DNA from: Patescibacteria group bacterium
Lineage (GTDB): Bacteria > Patescibacteriota > WWE3 > UBA101185 > UBA10185
Direction: 5' to 3'
Length of the DNA stretch: 64,000 nt
Assembly (NCBI GenBank): GCA_032117075.1
Contig: JAUMAA010000001.1
Span: forward strand, 13,597 to 77,596
This document shows positions 47,376-57,007 of this stretch, piece after piece. Within the stretch, counting starts at the first letter, position 1; every line of letters begins with the position of its first letter. Both the position numbers and the translations under genes were made by a program. A model generated the notes under the pieces. The model did no database searches and was not told where the DNA came from. It saw only the letters and a list, made by a program, of their open reading frames with translations.

Positions 47376-48779
47376 GTGAAATCAATTGAAGCAAGACAAA
47401 AATACATAGATTTTTTTAAGAAGCATGGTCATCATCATATTCCTTCTTCTACACTAATACCTGAAAACGACCCAACTACTTTATTTGTTAGTTCTGGGAT
47501 GCAACCTCTATTAAAATACTTTCTGGGTGAAAAACATCCAAATGGAACTAGAATTGTTAACTCTCAAATTTGTTTGAGGGCCCATGGATTTATGGATGAC
47601 CTTCTTGAAGTTGGAGATAATAGGCACACATCTTTTTTTGAGATGTTAGGAAATTGGTCATTTGGAGATTATTTTAAAAAAGAACAAATACCCTATTTTT
47701 ATGATTTTTTAACAAAAGAAATCGGTTTAGATCCGAACAAATTGTTTGTAACTTGTTTTATTGGGGATGATTCAAACGATATTCCAAAAGATAACGAAGC
47801 TGTAGAAATTTGGAAACAACTTTTTAAAAATGATGGAATAATAGCTTTGGTTTCAGAATTTAATTCTATGGGTGAGGCTGAAGAAAAAGGTATGGGAGAA
47901 TCAAGAATCTGCCTTTATCCCTCTAAGAAAAACTGGTGGAGTAGAAACGGTGTTCCTTCAAATATGCCTGAAGGAGATATCGGAGGACCTGATACTGAGG
48001 TATTCTATGATTTTGGATTCTCTCATGATGAGAGATTTGGAAAAAATTGCCATCCTAATTGTGATTGTGGGAGATTTTTAGAGATTGGAAATTCTGTCTT
48101 TACTCAATATCAAAAAAAAGATAATAAATTTGTAGAGTTACCCTCTAAAAATGTAGATTTTGGAGGAGGGTTAGAGAGAATTGTTGCTGTTTCAAATAAT
48201 ACCGATGATGTATTTGAAACTGACCTTTATGAAACCATAATTAAGAAATTGGAAACTTTACTGAAAATAAATTACTCAGAAAACAAACCTCTATTCAGAA
48301 TTATTGCCGATCACATGAAGTCTGGAACATTCCTTGCAAATTATGGAGTTAGACCTACAAATAAATTAGCTGGTTATATTTTAAGAAAATTTATTAGAAG
48401 AGCTGCGGTTAAAGTTTACTTGTTTAACCCAGATCTTGATTTCTCCCTGATCTTAAAAGAGGTTCCTTCATCAGTTTATGAGACATACTCAGGTATTTCT
48501 AATGATTTTGGTATAAATTTAGATTTAGGAAAGTTGGACGAAGTTTCAGAGGTTATTTTTATGGAATGCGAAAATTTCAAAAAAATTCTTCTAAATGGTA
48601 TGAAAGTTGTTAATAAAACTCCTTTGGAAAAAGTGGATACTAAATTTATTTTTGATTTATACCAGAACTTAGGTTTTCCATTTGAAGTTTCTTATGATAT
48701 TTATCAATCAAAAGGTCTTTCTTTGTCACATGAGGATTTTGTTGCCGAGTTTAATAGGCATAGAGAGTCCTCGAAATAA
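47376..48779 (+). CDS. alaS: alanyl-tRNA synthetase, aminoacylation module only
   Basis: DPTTLF..SGMQ, FFEMLGNWSFGDYFK, DFGGGLER, IIADH, FDLYQNLGFP; ends at 467 aa. Confidence 0.93.
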   Translation: MKSIEARQKYIDFFKKHGHHHIPSSTLIPENDPTTLFVSSGMQPLLKYFLGEKHPNGTRIVNSQICLRAHGFMDDLLEVGDNRHTSFFEMLGNWSFGDYFKKEQIPYFYDFLTKEIGLDPNKLFVTCFIGDDSNDIPKDNEAVEIWKQLFKNDGIIALVSEFNSMGEAEEKGMGESRICLYPSKKNWWSRNGVPSNMPEGDIGGPDTEVFYDFGFSHDERFGKNCHPNCDCGRFLEIGNSVFTQYQKKDNKFVELPSKNVDFGGGLERIVAVSNNTDDVFETDLYETIIKKLETLLKINYSENKPLFRIIADHMKSGTFLANYGVRPTNKLAGYILRKFIRRAAVKVYLFNPDLDFSLILKEVPSSVYETYSGISNDFGINLDLGKLDEVSEVIFMECENFKKILLNGMKVVNKTPLEKVDTKFIFDLYQNLGFPFEVSYDIYQSKGLSLSHEDFVAEFNRHRESSK

Positions 48780-48809
48780 CTATATAAACTTGATATTATA
48801 TTATTACTG

Positions 48810-50033
48810 ATGAAATTTATACAAAGTGTTAAAAGTTTAATAAATTATAAGAAAAATACTCCTTATTTTTATACTTTAGATATTGGTTCTGATTCAATCA
48901 AGATTATTCTTTCAGAAATTCTTAAAGAAGAGTTTAAATTAAAAATAGTAGATAGTATTAAAATTGCACAGGATTTAGATGCATATAAAAACGGTAAGAT
49001 ACTCAACGAGGATAAGATTATTAACTCTCTTAGAGAAGCTATTCGAAGGTTAAGTGAAAAAAATACAATCAAAGTTAAATCAGCTGTTGTCTGTATTTCT
49101 GCTCCTAATTCAAGAACCATAATGACTACTCTTAAAGTAAATAGGCAATCGAAAACACCCATTAGCTCAACAGAAAATGACGAGATTACTCACAAGTTAT
49201 TAGAGAATGCCTACTCTTCCCTATCAAATGTAATTTATGAAGAGAGTCTTTACGAAGAAATTGATATGGAGATGATTGATTTACAAAGTGTCTACATTAG
49301 ATGTGATGATAGGGTTGTCTTGGATTTAGAAGGTGAGGAAGGGTCTGAAGTAGAGTTGTGCTATAGTGTTTCCTTTGCCGATTCTAGTTATATTCATGAA
49401 ATTACAAATTTATTTAGAAAAATTAGCTTAGAAGTTATTTCTTTTGTACCCTCTTCAATAGCAATTTTAAATGCTTTAAAAAAAGGTAAAAAAGAGAAAT
49501 TAGATGGGGTTATTTTAAATGTAGGTGCCTCTTCTACTGAAGCTATTGTTTGTTTTGGTGGAGGTATTTTCTTAAATAAATCTATTCCATTAGGTGGATC
49601 TGATATCACCCGGGAGTTATCTCTTAAATTAAAAAGACCTTATTTGGATGCTGAAAAAATTAAAAGACTTTACTCTATGGGCAAACTTAATCCTAAGGAT
49701 AGTTCAACAGTTTTAAATATTATAAATAAAGTACTAACCTTTTGGCATGCAGGTATTGAGGAGTTATTTAAGAATTTTTCAGGAGTTAAAACATTTGCTC
49801 CTGACTTTTACTTAGTAGGTGGCGGAAGTGACCTTCCAGATGTAAAAGAGCAGCTTTTCGAGGAACCTTGGACAAAATCTATTCCTTTTAAATCTTCTCC
49901 AGAATTTAAAAAAATAGACATAAGTAAATTAAAAGAATTAGAAAGGTCTGAAGATTTGAAAAGTAGTGAGGACTTGCTTCCTTTATTGTGCGCATATTAT
50001 TATTTTCTAGTAAAAGGTGTCAAACATGAATGA
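48810..50033 (+). CDS. FtsA-like actin-fold protein
   Basis: LDIGSDSIK, LNVGASST, LGGSDIT, AEKIK, LVGGGS. Confidence 0.8.
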   Translation: MKFIQSVKSLINYKKNTPYFYTLDIGSDSIKIILSEILKEEFKLKIVDSIKIAQDLDAYKNGKILNEDKIINSLREAIRRLSEKNTIKVKSAVVCISAPNSRTIMTTLKVNRQSKTPISSTENDEITHKLLENAYSSLSNVIYEESLYEEIDMEMIDLQSVYIRCDDRVVLDLEGEEGSEVELCYSVSFADSSYIHEITNLFRKISLEVISFVPSSIAILNALKKGKKEKLDGVILNVGASSTEAIVCFGGGIFLNKSIPLGGSDITRELSLKLKRPYLDAEKIKRLYSMGKLNPKDSSTVLNIINKVLTFWHAGIEELFKNFSGVKTFAPDFYLVGGGSDLPDVKEQLFEEPWTKSIPFKSSPEFKKIDISKLKELERSEDLKSSEDLLPLLCAYYYFLVKGVKHE

Positions 50034-51588
50034 ATTAATTATTAATAAAGAATATAACCTTGTTGAGATTATAAATTTAGTCTTAGATTCGGGCGAAAAG
50101 GATTTAATTTTAAAGATAGAATCAGGTTCTGTTCTCTTGGATACTAAAGTTAATTTAGGAATTCTTTATAAAATTTGTATTGATAAAGGTATCTCTGTTG
50201 CATGCGAAACAGAGGATGTTAGAGGTAAAAAAATAATTCAAGACCTTGTATATGAGAATTCAGAAGATAGGGAACTTGATGTTGATAGACTAATTGAGGA
50301 AGAAGAATCTCTTAGTCACCTAAAGAGAAGTAATTCATTTACTCCTTCTGAAAAGTCAAAAGATATAAATTTGCCAAAGAAAAATTTAGATTTTCCAAAG
50401 ATAAACTTCTCCTTTATTAATTTTTCTTTTCTAAAAGAGACAAAAATTTTACCAATTATTTTAGGTGTGTGGATCGTATTATTTGGTGGTGGGTTTTTTT
50501 ATTTGAATTCAACATTATCCGCGGATGTCGAAATATTTGTACAAGCTGAGAGATACGTAAAGTCTTTGGAAGTCAGGCTTTCGGCTTCTAAATCAACAGA
50601 TGTTGAAAATAAAATTTTTAAAGGGGAAAAATATTTACAAAATATTACATTGATTAAGGAAATAGATACCTCTGGAAAAATTGACAGTGGTAAAAAAGCT
50701 ACTGGTGAAGTTACCCTTACAAATAAAACAGATGAGGATTTGGAATTAAAGAAGGGAAGTAAGATTGAATATAAGAGTGGTGGAAAGGAATTGGTTTTTC
50801 TTACTCTAGAAGAAACTGAAATTCCAGCACGAAAACTAGAATCAACTTCCCCAAATGTTTATGTGAATACAACCAAGGTTATTAAAGTCGAAGCATTTGA
50901 TTTTGGAACTTCTTATAATTTAGAACTAAATAAAGAAGTAACTTTAGACGGAAAATCGATTGATTTAGTTTCAGGTTTAGTTACCAAAGCAATTTCTGGG
51001 GGTGTTAAGACAGATATTAAAGCTGTATCCTCCGACGATTTAAAAAAGGTATACGAGTCAGCTTTATTAGAAATTAAAGATAATTTTAAACCTGCTGAAA
51101 TTTCAGGTAAAGTTTTTTTGAAAGGATCTGAGCAGTTTACTGTTACTAAAACCGAGTATAGCGGTAAAGCCGGTGATGCTCTCGATAAATTAAAACTCAC
51201 TTTAACTATCGATGCATCAGGACTTATGTATGACAAAAAGGATGCTGAAAATTTTGTAAAAGCTTCTATGAATTCCTTACTTCCTAAAGGTTTTGAAGTA
51301 TATGGGAAAGAGCTTGATATTGAAGTTAACTTACTTGGAAAAACAAATTCATCAACACTTACGGTAGATGAAGGTGATGTTCAACTAACAATCAAAACTT
51401 ATAAGATACCTACATTAAATACTAATGAGATTAAATCTATGCTTTTAGGAAAAAACTTAAATGAAGCCGAGGCCGTTGTAAAAAATATTCCAAATGTAAT
51501 TAGATATAATATTGCTTTTAAATATCCATTATTTAGTTCAATTCCAACAGACCCACAGAAAGTAAATGTCACAATTTCTAAAGAGTAA
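50026..51588 (+). CDS. bitopic membrane protein with baseplate J/gp47-like extracellular region
   Basis: Cytoplasmic N-domain, one TM, KATGEVTLTN...KGS...F.T...G..YN...SGG pattern; ATG 50026 overlaps the upstream stop region. Confidence 0.6.
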   Translation: MNELIINKEYNLVEIINLVLDSGEKDLILKIESGSVLLDTKVNLGILYKICIDKGISVACETEDVRGKKIIQDLVYENSEDRELDVDRLIEEEESLSHLKRSNSFTPSEKSKDINLPKKNLDFPKINFSFINFSFLKETKILPIILGVWIVLFGGGFFYLNSTLSADVEIFVQAERYVKSLEVRLSASKSTDVENKIFKGEKYLQNITLIKEIDTSGKIDSGKKATGEVTLTNKTDEDLELKKGSKIEYKSGGKELVFLTLEETEIPARKLESTSPNVYVNTTKVIKVEAFDFGTSYNLELNKEVTLDGKSIDLVSGLVTKAISGGVKTDIKAVSSDDLKKVYESALLEIKDNFKPAEISGKVFLKGSEQFTVTKTEYSGKAGDALDKLKLTLTIDASGLMYDKKDAENFVKASMNSLLPKGFEVYGKELDIEVNLLGKTNSSTLTVDEGDVQLTIKTYKIPTLNTNEIKSMLLGKNLNEAEAVVKNIPNVIRYNIAFKYPLFSSIPTDPQKVNVTISKE

Positions 51589-51994
51589 ATTTAATATACT
51601 TGGTGTAGATTATGGGGATGTGAACACAGGATTTGCAGTTTCTGTAGATGGGGTATCAGCTCCTTTAAAAATTGTAAATTCTAAAAACTTTTTTCATTTT
51701 TTACAAGAGATTCAAAAAATTATTCAGGAGTATGAGATCAAATTAATAGTATTTGGGCTACCAGAAAGTTTTGATGGTAAAGATACTAACCAATCTATAA
51801 AAGTTAGGCAAGTCGTAAATAATTTGAAAAAGTATATTAAGATCCCATTTGAGTACACCTCTGAGTATGGAACAACTTCAGAAACCTTAGCAAACGGAAT
51901 AATTTCAAATATGTCGAGAAAATCTAGAAACAAAAGAAGTGATCATTATTCGGCTCATTTAATTTTAATGAATTATTTAGAGAAAAATTCTTAA
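51566..51994 (+). CDS. ruvX: RuvX/YqgF family nuclease
   Basis: ILGVDYG, IVFGLP, E..T, D..SA.LIL..YL. Confidence 0.88.
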   Translation: MSQFLKSKFNILGVDYGDVNTGFAVSVDGVSAPLKIVNSKNFFHFLQEIQKIIQEYEIKLIVFGLPESFDGKDTNQSIKVRQVVNNLKKYIKIPFEYTSEYGTTSETLANGIISNMSRKSRNKRSDHYSAHLILMNYLEKNS

Positions 51995-52254
51995 ATTTGA
52001 GATTTCAATTTTACTTCGGTCGAATCACAGTTTGCACACATAAAATTGTTTTCTTTTTTCTCAAAACATGACGGGCAAAGATAGAAACCGTCTTTGTAAA
52101 CCATTTCCTTACTATCACATCTATTACAGATAAAAATAACATCATCTTGGTTTATAACTCCGCAATTTGGGCATGAAAACTTAAGTTCTTTTTGTTCAGT
52201 AATTTGTTCTGGAGTATCTGTAGATTCAACTATTTCGAAATCTTTTTTGTTCAT
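51991..52254 (-). CDS. small multi-CxxC zinc-binding protein
   Basis: CPNC, CNRC, CPSC, CANC. Confidence 0.7.
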   Translation of the reverse strand: MNKKDFEIVESTDTPEQITEQKELKFSCPNCGVINQDDVIFICNRCDSKEMVYKDGFYLCPSCFEKKENNFMCANCDSTEVKLKSQI

Positions 52255-52306
52255 ATTCTAATAATATCATATTAGAAATATTGTAATCTTAGGTTAAAAT
52301 AATAGT

Positions 52307-52498
52307 ATGGATTGGTGGTTAATTTTATATATAATACTTGGTATTCATATTTTTACATCTATTGTTTTTGCTTTTTATATTTATATTAACTTCTATAAAA
52401 ATATCCTTCAATTAATTGTTAATTTACTTTTTGGTTCTTATGGCTTCTTTAAAAGCTTAATCCAATATATAAGAAAAGAAAGGATTAGTTTTTTCTAA
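52307..52498 (+). CDS. small membrane protein
   Basis: Hydrophobic 63 aa; TAAAAT 6 nt before ATG; coupled to next gene. Confidence 0.55.
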   Translation: MDWWLILYIILGIHIFTSIVFAFYIYINFYKNILQLIVNLLFGSYGFFKSLIQYIRKERISFF

Positions 52499-53190
52499 TG
52501 TTTAAATCAATTCTTTCAGGATACCAAGCTGTAATTTTTGATTTAGATGGGACAATCTTAGATGATCAAGTTACCTGGGATAATGCCATCAGAAAAGTTT
52601 TAGGAAAGTACATTATTTCTGAAAATCCTAATTGGGGAACTCCTGGTTTATCGTTAATACCCTTAATTCAGCAGATTAAAAATTCTAATGAGATATCCTA
52701 CGACTTTAAAATTGAATGGGCTTACACAGAAATAAATAGAGAGTTCTTTAAAAATTTCGGTGATATAGAAATCAGGGGAGGTTTTATGGAACTAGCCGAA
52801 AGATTAATAAAAGATGAAAAAAGATTAGTTTTAGCCTCTAACACAGATAGGGAAATTGTTAATCAGATTTTAGATAGACTAGACTTCAAAAAATACTTTG
52901 AATTTATTATTACTAGAAGTGATGTCAAAGAGGGTAAACCTTCTCCGGATATTTACTTACTTGCTCAAAAGAAACTTAATGTGATTCCAGAGAGAATTCT
53001 TATTTTTGAAGATTCTTTTGTAGGATTTATGGCTGCTGAGGAAGCTAAAATTAATTCAATACTTGTCTTAAATCAAGAAAGGTATGCGGGTGAATTTGGT
53101 TCTAATGCTAAAGTCTTTATAAGAGATTTTTACGATGTTTTAAATTTAATTGACGAAGATTACGAAGATTATTTTGTTTCACATTTGTAG
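52498..53190 (+). CDS. HAD-family IA phosphatase
   Basis: FDLDGT, ASN, KPSPDIY, FEDS. Confidence 0.9.
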   Translation: MFKSILSGYQAVIFDLDGTILDDQVTWDNAIRKVLGKYIISENPNWGTPGLSLIPLIQQIKNSNEISYDFKIEWAYTEINREFFKNFGDIEIRGGFMELAERLIKDEKRLVLASNTDREIVNQILDRLDFKKYFEFIITRSDVKEGKPSPDIYLLAQKKLNVIPERILIFEDSFVGFMAAEEAKINSILVLNQERYAGEFGSNAKVFIRDFYDVLNLIDEDYEDYFVSHL

Positions 53191-53414
53191 GAATAAATTA
53201 TCTTTTGAATATTAAAAAGATTTCCAAAATTATAAAAATTCTCAATTAGATGGTAGTTTTCTACCTCATTTCCAGAGGAATTAATAAGAAGATAATTTTT
53301 AGATTTTTTAATTTCTTTAATCTCAATTTTAAGCTTTTTAGCCAAAATTTTGACATATATTGGGAAGATATCTATGTACTTATTTAACTCCACTTTAATT
53401 TGGGTTTCTGACAT
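53169..53414 (-). CDS. hypothetical protein
   Basis: 81-aa ORF filling the gap, divergent from miaB. Confidence 0.45.
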   Translation of the reverse strand: MSETQIKVELNKYIDIFPIYVKILAKKLKIEIKEIKKSKNYLLINSSGNEVENYHLIENFYNFGNLFNIQKIIYSYKCETK

Positions 53415-53436
53415 AAAATTAGTATAATATACCCCT

Positions 53437-54612
53437 ATGGAAACATATAGTCCTCAAAAATATTATATAACTACTTTTGGATGCCAAGCGAATGAAGCTG
53501 ACTCAAATACTATGGCTGGAATTCTTGAATCCTTAGGATTTGAAAGAACTAAAAGTATGGACGATTCAGATGTTTATATAGTAAATACTTGCTCAGTAAG
53601 GCAAAAATCAGAAGATAAAGCTTATGGAATCGGAAAAGAGTTGAAAGAAATGTCGGATCAAGGAAAAAAAACACCTTTTATAGTGATGGCAGGGTGTATG
53701 GTAGGTTCTGTTACAGGTGAAAGGCAAAGATACGCTTTTGATGAATTAAAAAAGAGAACACCGTGGGTAAATGATTATATAAATCCTCATCAAATAATGA
53801 ATTTACCAGAAATTTTGTTTAAAAATGGGCTTATTAACGAGTGGGCTGTCCAGAAATTTAACCCAGAAAAAGTTTATGGATCTCAAATTGATAGTAAACA
53901 TGTATTTATTAATATTTCTACTGGATGTGATAACTTTTGTGCTTTTTGTGTAGTTCCTTACTCAAGAGGTGCTGAAAGATCAAGGTCAAAAGAAGAGATA
54001 GTTAGAGAAATACAACACTACTTACTTAGAGGCTACACTGACTTTACTCTATGTGCTCAAAATGTTAATTCTTGGGGACTATCAATGGTGGACAAATTTG
54101 AAATTAGGTCCGGTTCAGATCAGAAACTTCCTTTTGCAAATCTTCTTAGAGAAATTCATAGTATAGAGGGAGTTCAAAAAATTGATTTTTTATCTTCTAA
54201 TCCATTTGATTTTACTTCTGACCTTATTGATGTTTTTAAATTACCTAAAATCTCTAATTATTTACATATGGCAGTTCAATCAGGAAATAATGAAGTTTTG
54301 AAAAGAATGAACAGAAGGCATTCTATTGAAGAATTCTTTTCCTTAATAGAAAGAATTAGAGAGGCTAAACCTGATTTAGAAATTGGCACAGATATTATCG
54401 TTGGATTTCCCGGAGAGTCCGAGGAAGAGTTTTTGGATACAGTAAAGCTTTTTGAAAAAGTAAAATTCAATGTTGCTTTCATTTCTATTTATTCTCCAAG
54501 AAAGGGCACTCCCTCTGAAACCCACATGAAAGATGACATCCCTTTAACAGAAAAAAAAGAAAGACATGCAAGACTCATGAAAGTATGGCAGGAAAATAAA
54601 GGAAAAAAGTAA
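53437..54612 (+). CDS. miaB: tRNA methylthiotransferase MiaB (no TRAM domain)
   Basis: TFGCQ.N..DS, NTCSVR, GCM, CDNFCAFC; adjacent to miaA. Confidence 0.9.
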   Translation: METYSPQKYYITTFGCQANEADSNTMAGILESLGFERTKSMDDSDVYIVNTCSVRQKSEDKAYGIGKELKEMSDQGKKTPFIVMAGCMVGSVTGERQRYAFDELKKRTPWVNDYINPHQIMNLPEILFKNGLINEWAVQKFNPEKVYGSQIDSKHVFINISTGCDNFCAFCVVPYSRGAERSRSKEEIVREIQHYLLRGYTDFTLCAQNVNSWGLSMVDKFEIRSGSDQKLPFANLLREIHSIEGVQKIDFLSSNPFDFTSDLIDVFKLPKISNYLHMAVQSGNNEVLKRMNRRHSIEEFFSLIERIREAKPDLEIGTDIIVGFPGESEEEFLDTVKLFEKVKFNVAFISIYSPRKGTPSETHMKDDIPLTEKKERHARLMKVWQENKGKK

Positions 54613-55499
54613 TGAGAAGAATACCTGTTATTTTAGGGCCTACTTGTATTGGAAAAACAGACTTAGCTATCAAAATAGCAAAAGAAACAAATGCCCACAT
54701 TATCTCAATAGATAGCAGACAAGTTTTTATGGGTTTGGATATTGGGACAGGAAAGATAAAATCTAATTCTGAAATTTTTAAATCTTTATTTATGTGGGAG
54801 GTAGACGGAGTCAAGATTTTTGGTTACGATGTTTTAAAACCAAATGAAGAATTAAATGTAATTAAATACTGTGAGTTTATCAAGAATATCCTTGAAGAAT
54901 TTGATAAAGATAGATTTATTATTACCTGTGGAACTGGTTTTTACTTGAATTTTTTGATGGGAAATTTGGAATTTTCTGATATAAACCAAGAAAGAAAACT
55001 AGAATTAAATAAGTTATCTAGGGAAGAGTTGGTTCAAATATATCAAACTTTAGAAGACTCTAAGGAACTTGATTTAAATAATAAAGTAAGAATTATTACA
55101 AGAATACTATCCTTACAAAATCCTAAATCTAAAAAGAAAAGATTTAATGTAAAAAATACTAAATTCGATGTTTATTACCTTACAGATGAGAGGGAAATTT
55201 TATATGATAGGGCAGATAGGTTTATTGAAGATATTTTTTCTAAAAATGTAGTCGGAGAGTACTTAGATACTTTTAATTTTTATGGAGAGGTCAGGCCTTT
55301 GCATGGCTTAATTTATAAAGAGATTGGTAATTATCTTCACCAAAGAATAACTTATTCTGAATTAATATCCAAATGTAAATTCGATATGCATTCCTATATT
55401 AGAAGACAGGAAACCTATTTTAAGAAATTTGAATGCATTCTTAAAACTAATGATAGGGATTTGATTTTTTCTTCAATTCTAAAATGCTATAATTCATGA
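54612..55499 (+). CDS. miaA: tRNA dimethylallyltransferase
   Basis: GPTCIGKT, DSRQ, DIGTGK, GTGFY, RRQ.TYF. Confidence 0.9.
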   Translation: MRRIPVILGPTCIGKTDLAIKIAKETNAHIISIDSRQVFMGLDIGTGKIKSNSEIFKSLFMWEVDGVKIFGYDVLKPNEELNVIKYCEFIKNILEEFDKDRFIITCGTGFYLNFLMGNLEFSDINQERKLELNKLSREELVQIYQTLEDSKELDLNNKVRIITRILSLQNPKSKKKRFNVKNTKFDVYYLTDEREILYDRADRFIEDIFSKNVVGEYLDTFNFYGEVRPLHGLIYKEIGNYLHQRITYSELISKCKFDMHSYIRRQETYFKKFECILKTNDRDLIFSSILKCYNS

Positions 55500-55500
55500 A

Positions 55501-56484
55501 ATGCATAATTTAAACTTAAATGTTCCATTTAAAACAATCTTATTTACTTTGTTTTCATTGGGTTTTGTTTATGCTCTTTACTCTATTTATCCTATTTTGA
55601 TACTTTTAGTATTAGCTGTAATCTTTGCAATTAGTTTAGAGCCTTTAGTTCAAAGAATTTCATCAGTAAAATATAATAAAAAACAAAAAATTTCTAGAAG
55701 TTTAGCGGTGATTTTATCTTTTGTAATTGTTTTATCAGTTATTGTGACAGCTTTTTTGTTTATAATTCCTGAAATATTTAGTCAGTTACCTAAATTATTT
55801 GAAACTACACAAAGAACACTTGAAATGTATTCTAGGCAATATAATTTCTCAATCGAGATACCTGATCTGTCTCAATATACAGAGAGAGCTTTATCGATTA
55901 GTCTTAGTTTATTTACTAATATATTTTCAATTCTAACTTTTATACTTTTATCTATATATATTTCTCTTGATTGGCTAAACATCAAGAAATTTTTTCATAA
56001 ACTTTTAGCAGATAGTTATAAGTCAAGATATGAAAAAATTTTGAATGAATTTGAATTTAGCATTGGAATGTGGGTAAAGGGTCAATTAATTTTGATGTTT
56101 ACAATTGGAATTTTAAGTACTTTGGTTTTATATCTTATTGGAAATCCCTACTATTTACCTCTAGGAATTTTGGCTGGGATTTTAGAAATAGTACCTATTG
56201 TAGGTCCAATAATTTCAACTTTATTTGCTGTCCTAATTTCATTTAGTATGAATGGACAAACCGCTGGTTTGATAACTTTAGGGACTTTTTACGGAATTCA
56301 AGTTTTAGAAAATAATTTACTTGTTCCAAAAGTAATGGAAAAAGTATCCGGGTTTAGCCCAATTCTGATCTTACTTGCTTTTTTAATATTTTCTAATTTT
56401 TTAGGAGTTGTAGGTGCTATCTTAGCCGTACCTATTTTAATGTTTGCCAATATACTTGTTAAATATTTAGTACTTAAGAAGTAA
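55501..56484 (+). CDS. AI-2E family transporter
   Basis: Multi-TM; GQL, VPIVGP, Q.LENN.L.PK, G.VGAILAVP. Confidence 0.9.
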   Translation: MHNLNLNVPFKTILFTLFSLGFVYALYSIYPILILLVLAVIFAISLEPLVQRISSVKYNKKQKISRSLAVILSFVIVLSVIVTAFLFIIPEIFSQLPKLFETTQRTLEMYSRQYNFSIEIPDLSQYTERALSISLSLFTNIFSILTFILLSIYISLDWLNIKKFFHKLLADSYKSRYEKILNEFEFSIGMWVKGQLILMFTIGILSTLVLYLIGNPYYLPLGILAGILEIVPIVGPIISTLFAVLISFSMNGQTAGLITLGTFYGIQVLENNLLVPKVMEKVSGFSPILILLAFLIFSNFLGVVGAILAVPILMFANILVKYLVLKK

Positions 56485-56601
56485 TTCTTCTTCACTTCGT
56501 TTCAGAGCGAAATGAAGTTAGTACTTCTTTCTTCTTCACTTCGTTTCAGAGCGAAATGAAGTTAGTACTTCTTTCTTCTTCACTTCGTTTCAGAGCGAAA
56601 T
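56485..56601. repeat. 44-bp tandem repeat (about 2.7 copies) overlapping the rnpB 3' end
   Basis: Unit TTCTTCTTCACTTCGTTTCAGAGCGAAATGAAGTTAGTACTTCT starting at 56485, 56529, 56573. Confidence 0.93.
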
Positions 56602-56953
56602 AAGCCGGATTCTGTAACTTGTCGTGATTTTTTGATTTAGTCAAAAATTTGCGATTTGTTTAATGATTATTTATCTAATGCCTCTTCCTTAGGTCTTGCC
56701 AAACGAGCTAATAACGACCAGTTCGAGAGTTGCTGCAGGTGGGATTGCCCTTTTCAGTTTAGACCGTGTTTTTCAATTTAGGTCTAAAATAGTTTCTGTT
56801 GCTCTCAGGTAATGTCATTTCACTACCTGCCTTTAACTCTTTTCAAAGTTGAAGGACCAGCTGTTTCCAGTCGGAGATTTCCCTCCGTCCCCTGTTTTGT
56901 GCAGTCCGGACTTTCCTCTGGATAAATCCAGTAATCATCTATCGCTCTGAAAC
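56587..56953 (-). ncRNA. rnpB: RNase P RNA
   Basis: Minus strand GAGGAAAGTCCGGAC and ACAGAATCCGGCTTAT; P1 GTTTCAGAGCGA/TCGCTCTGAAAC; TGTTATAAT at 56968-56960. Confidence 0.93.
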
Positions 56954-57007
56954 ACTGCAATTATAACATTTTTGGGCATTTTAATCAAAAAGTGGTAATA
57001 TATTGTA

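Noticed and set aside
50026-51588. Prophage or tailocin
   Set aside because: No other phage structural genes; the protein has a TM and overlaps housekeeping neighbours.
56485-56601. CRISPR array
   Set aside because: Units are contiguous and identical with no unique spacers, there are no cas genes, and the repeat derives from the rnpB 3' end.
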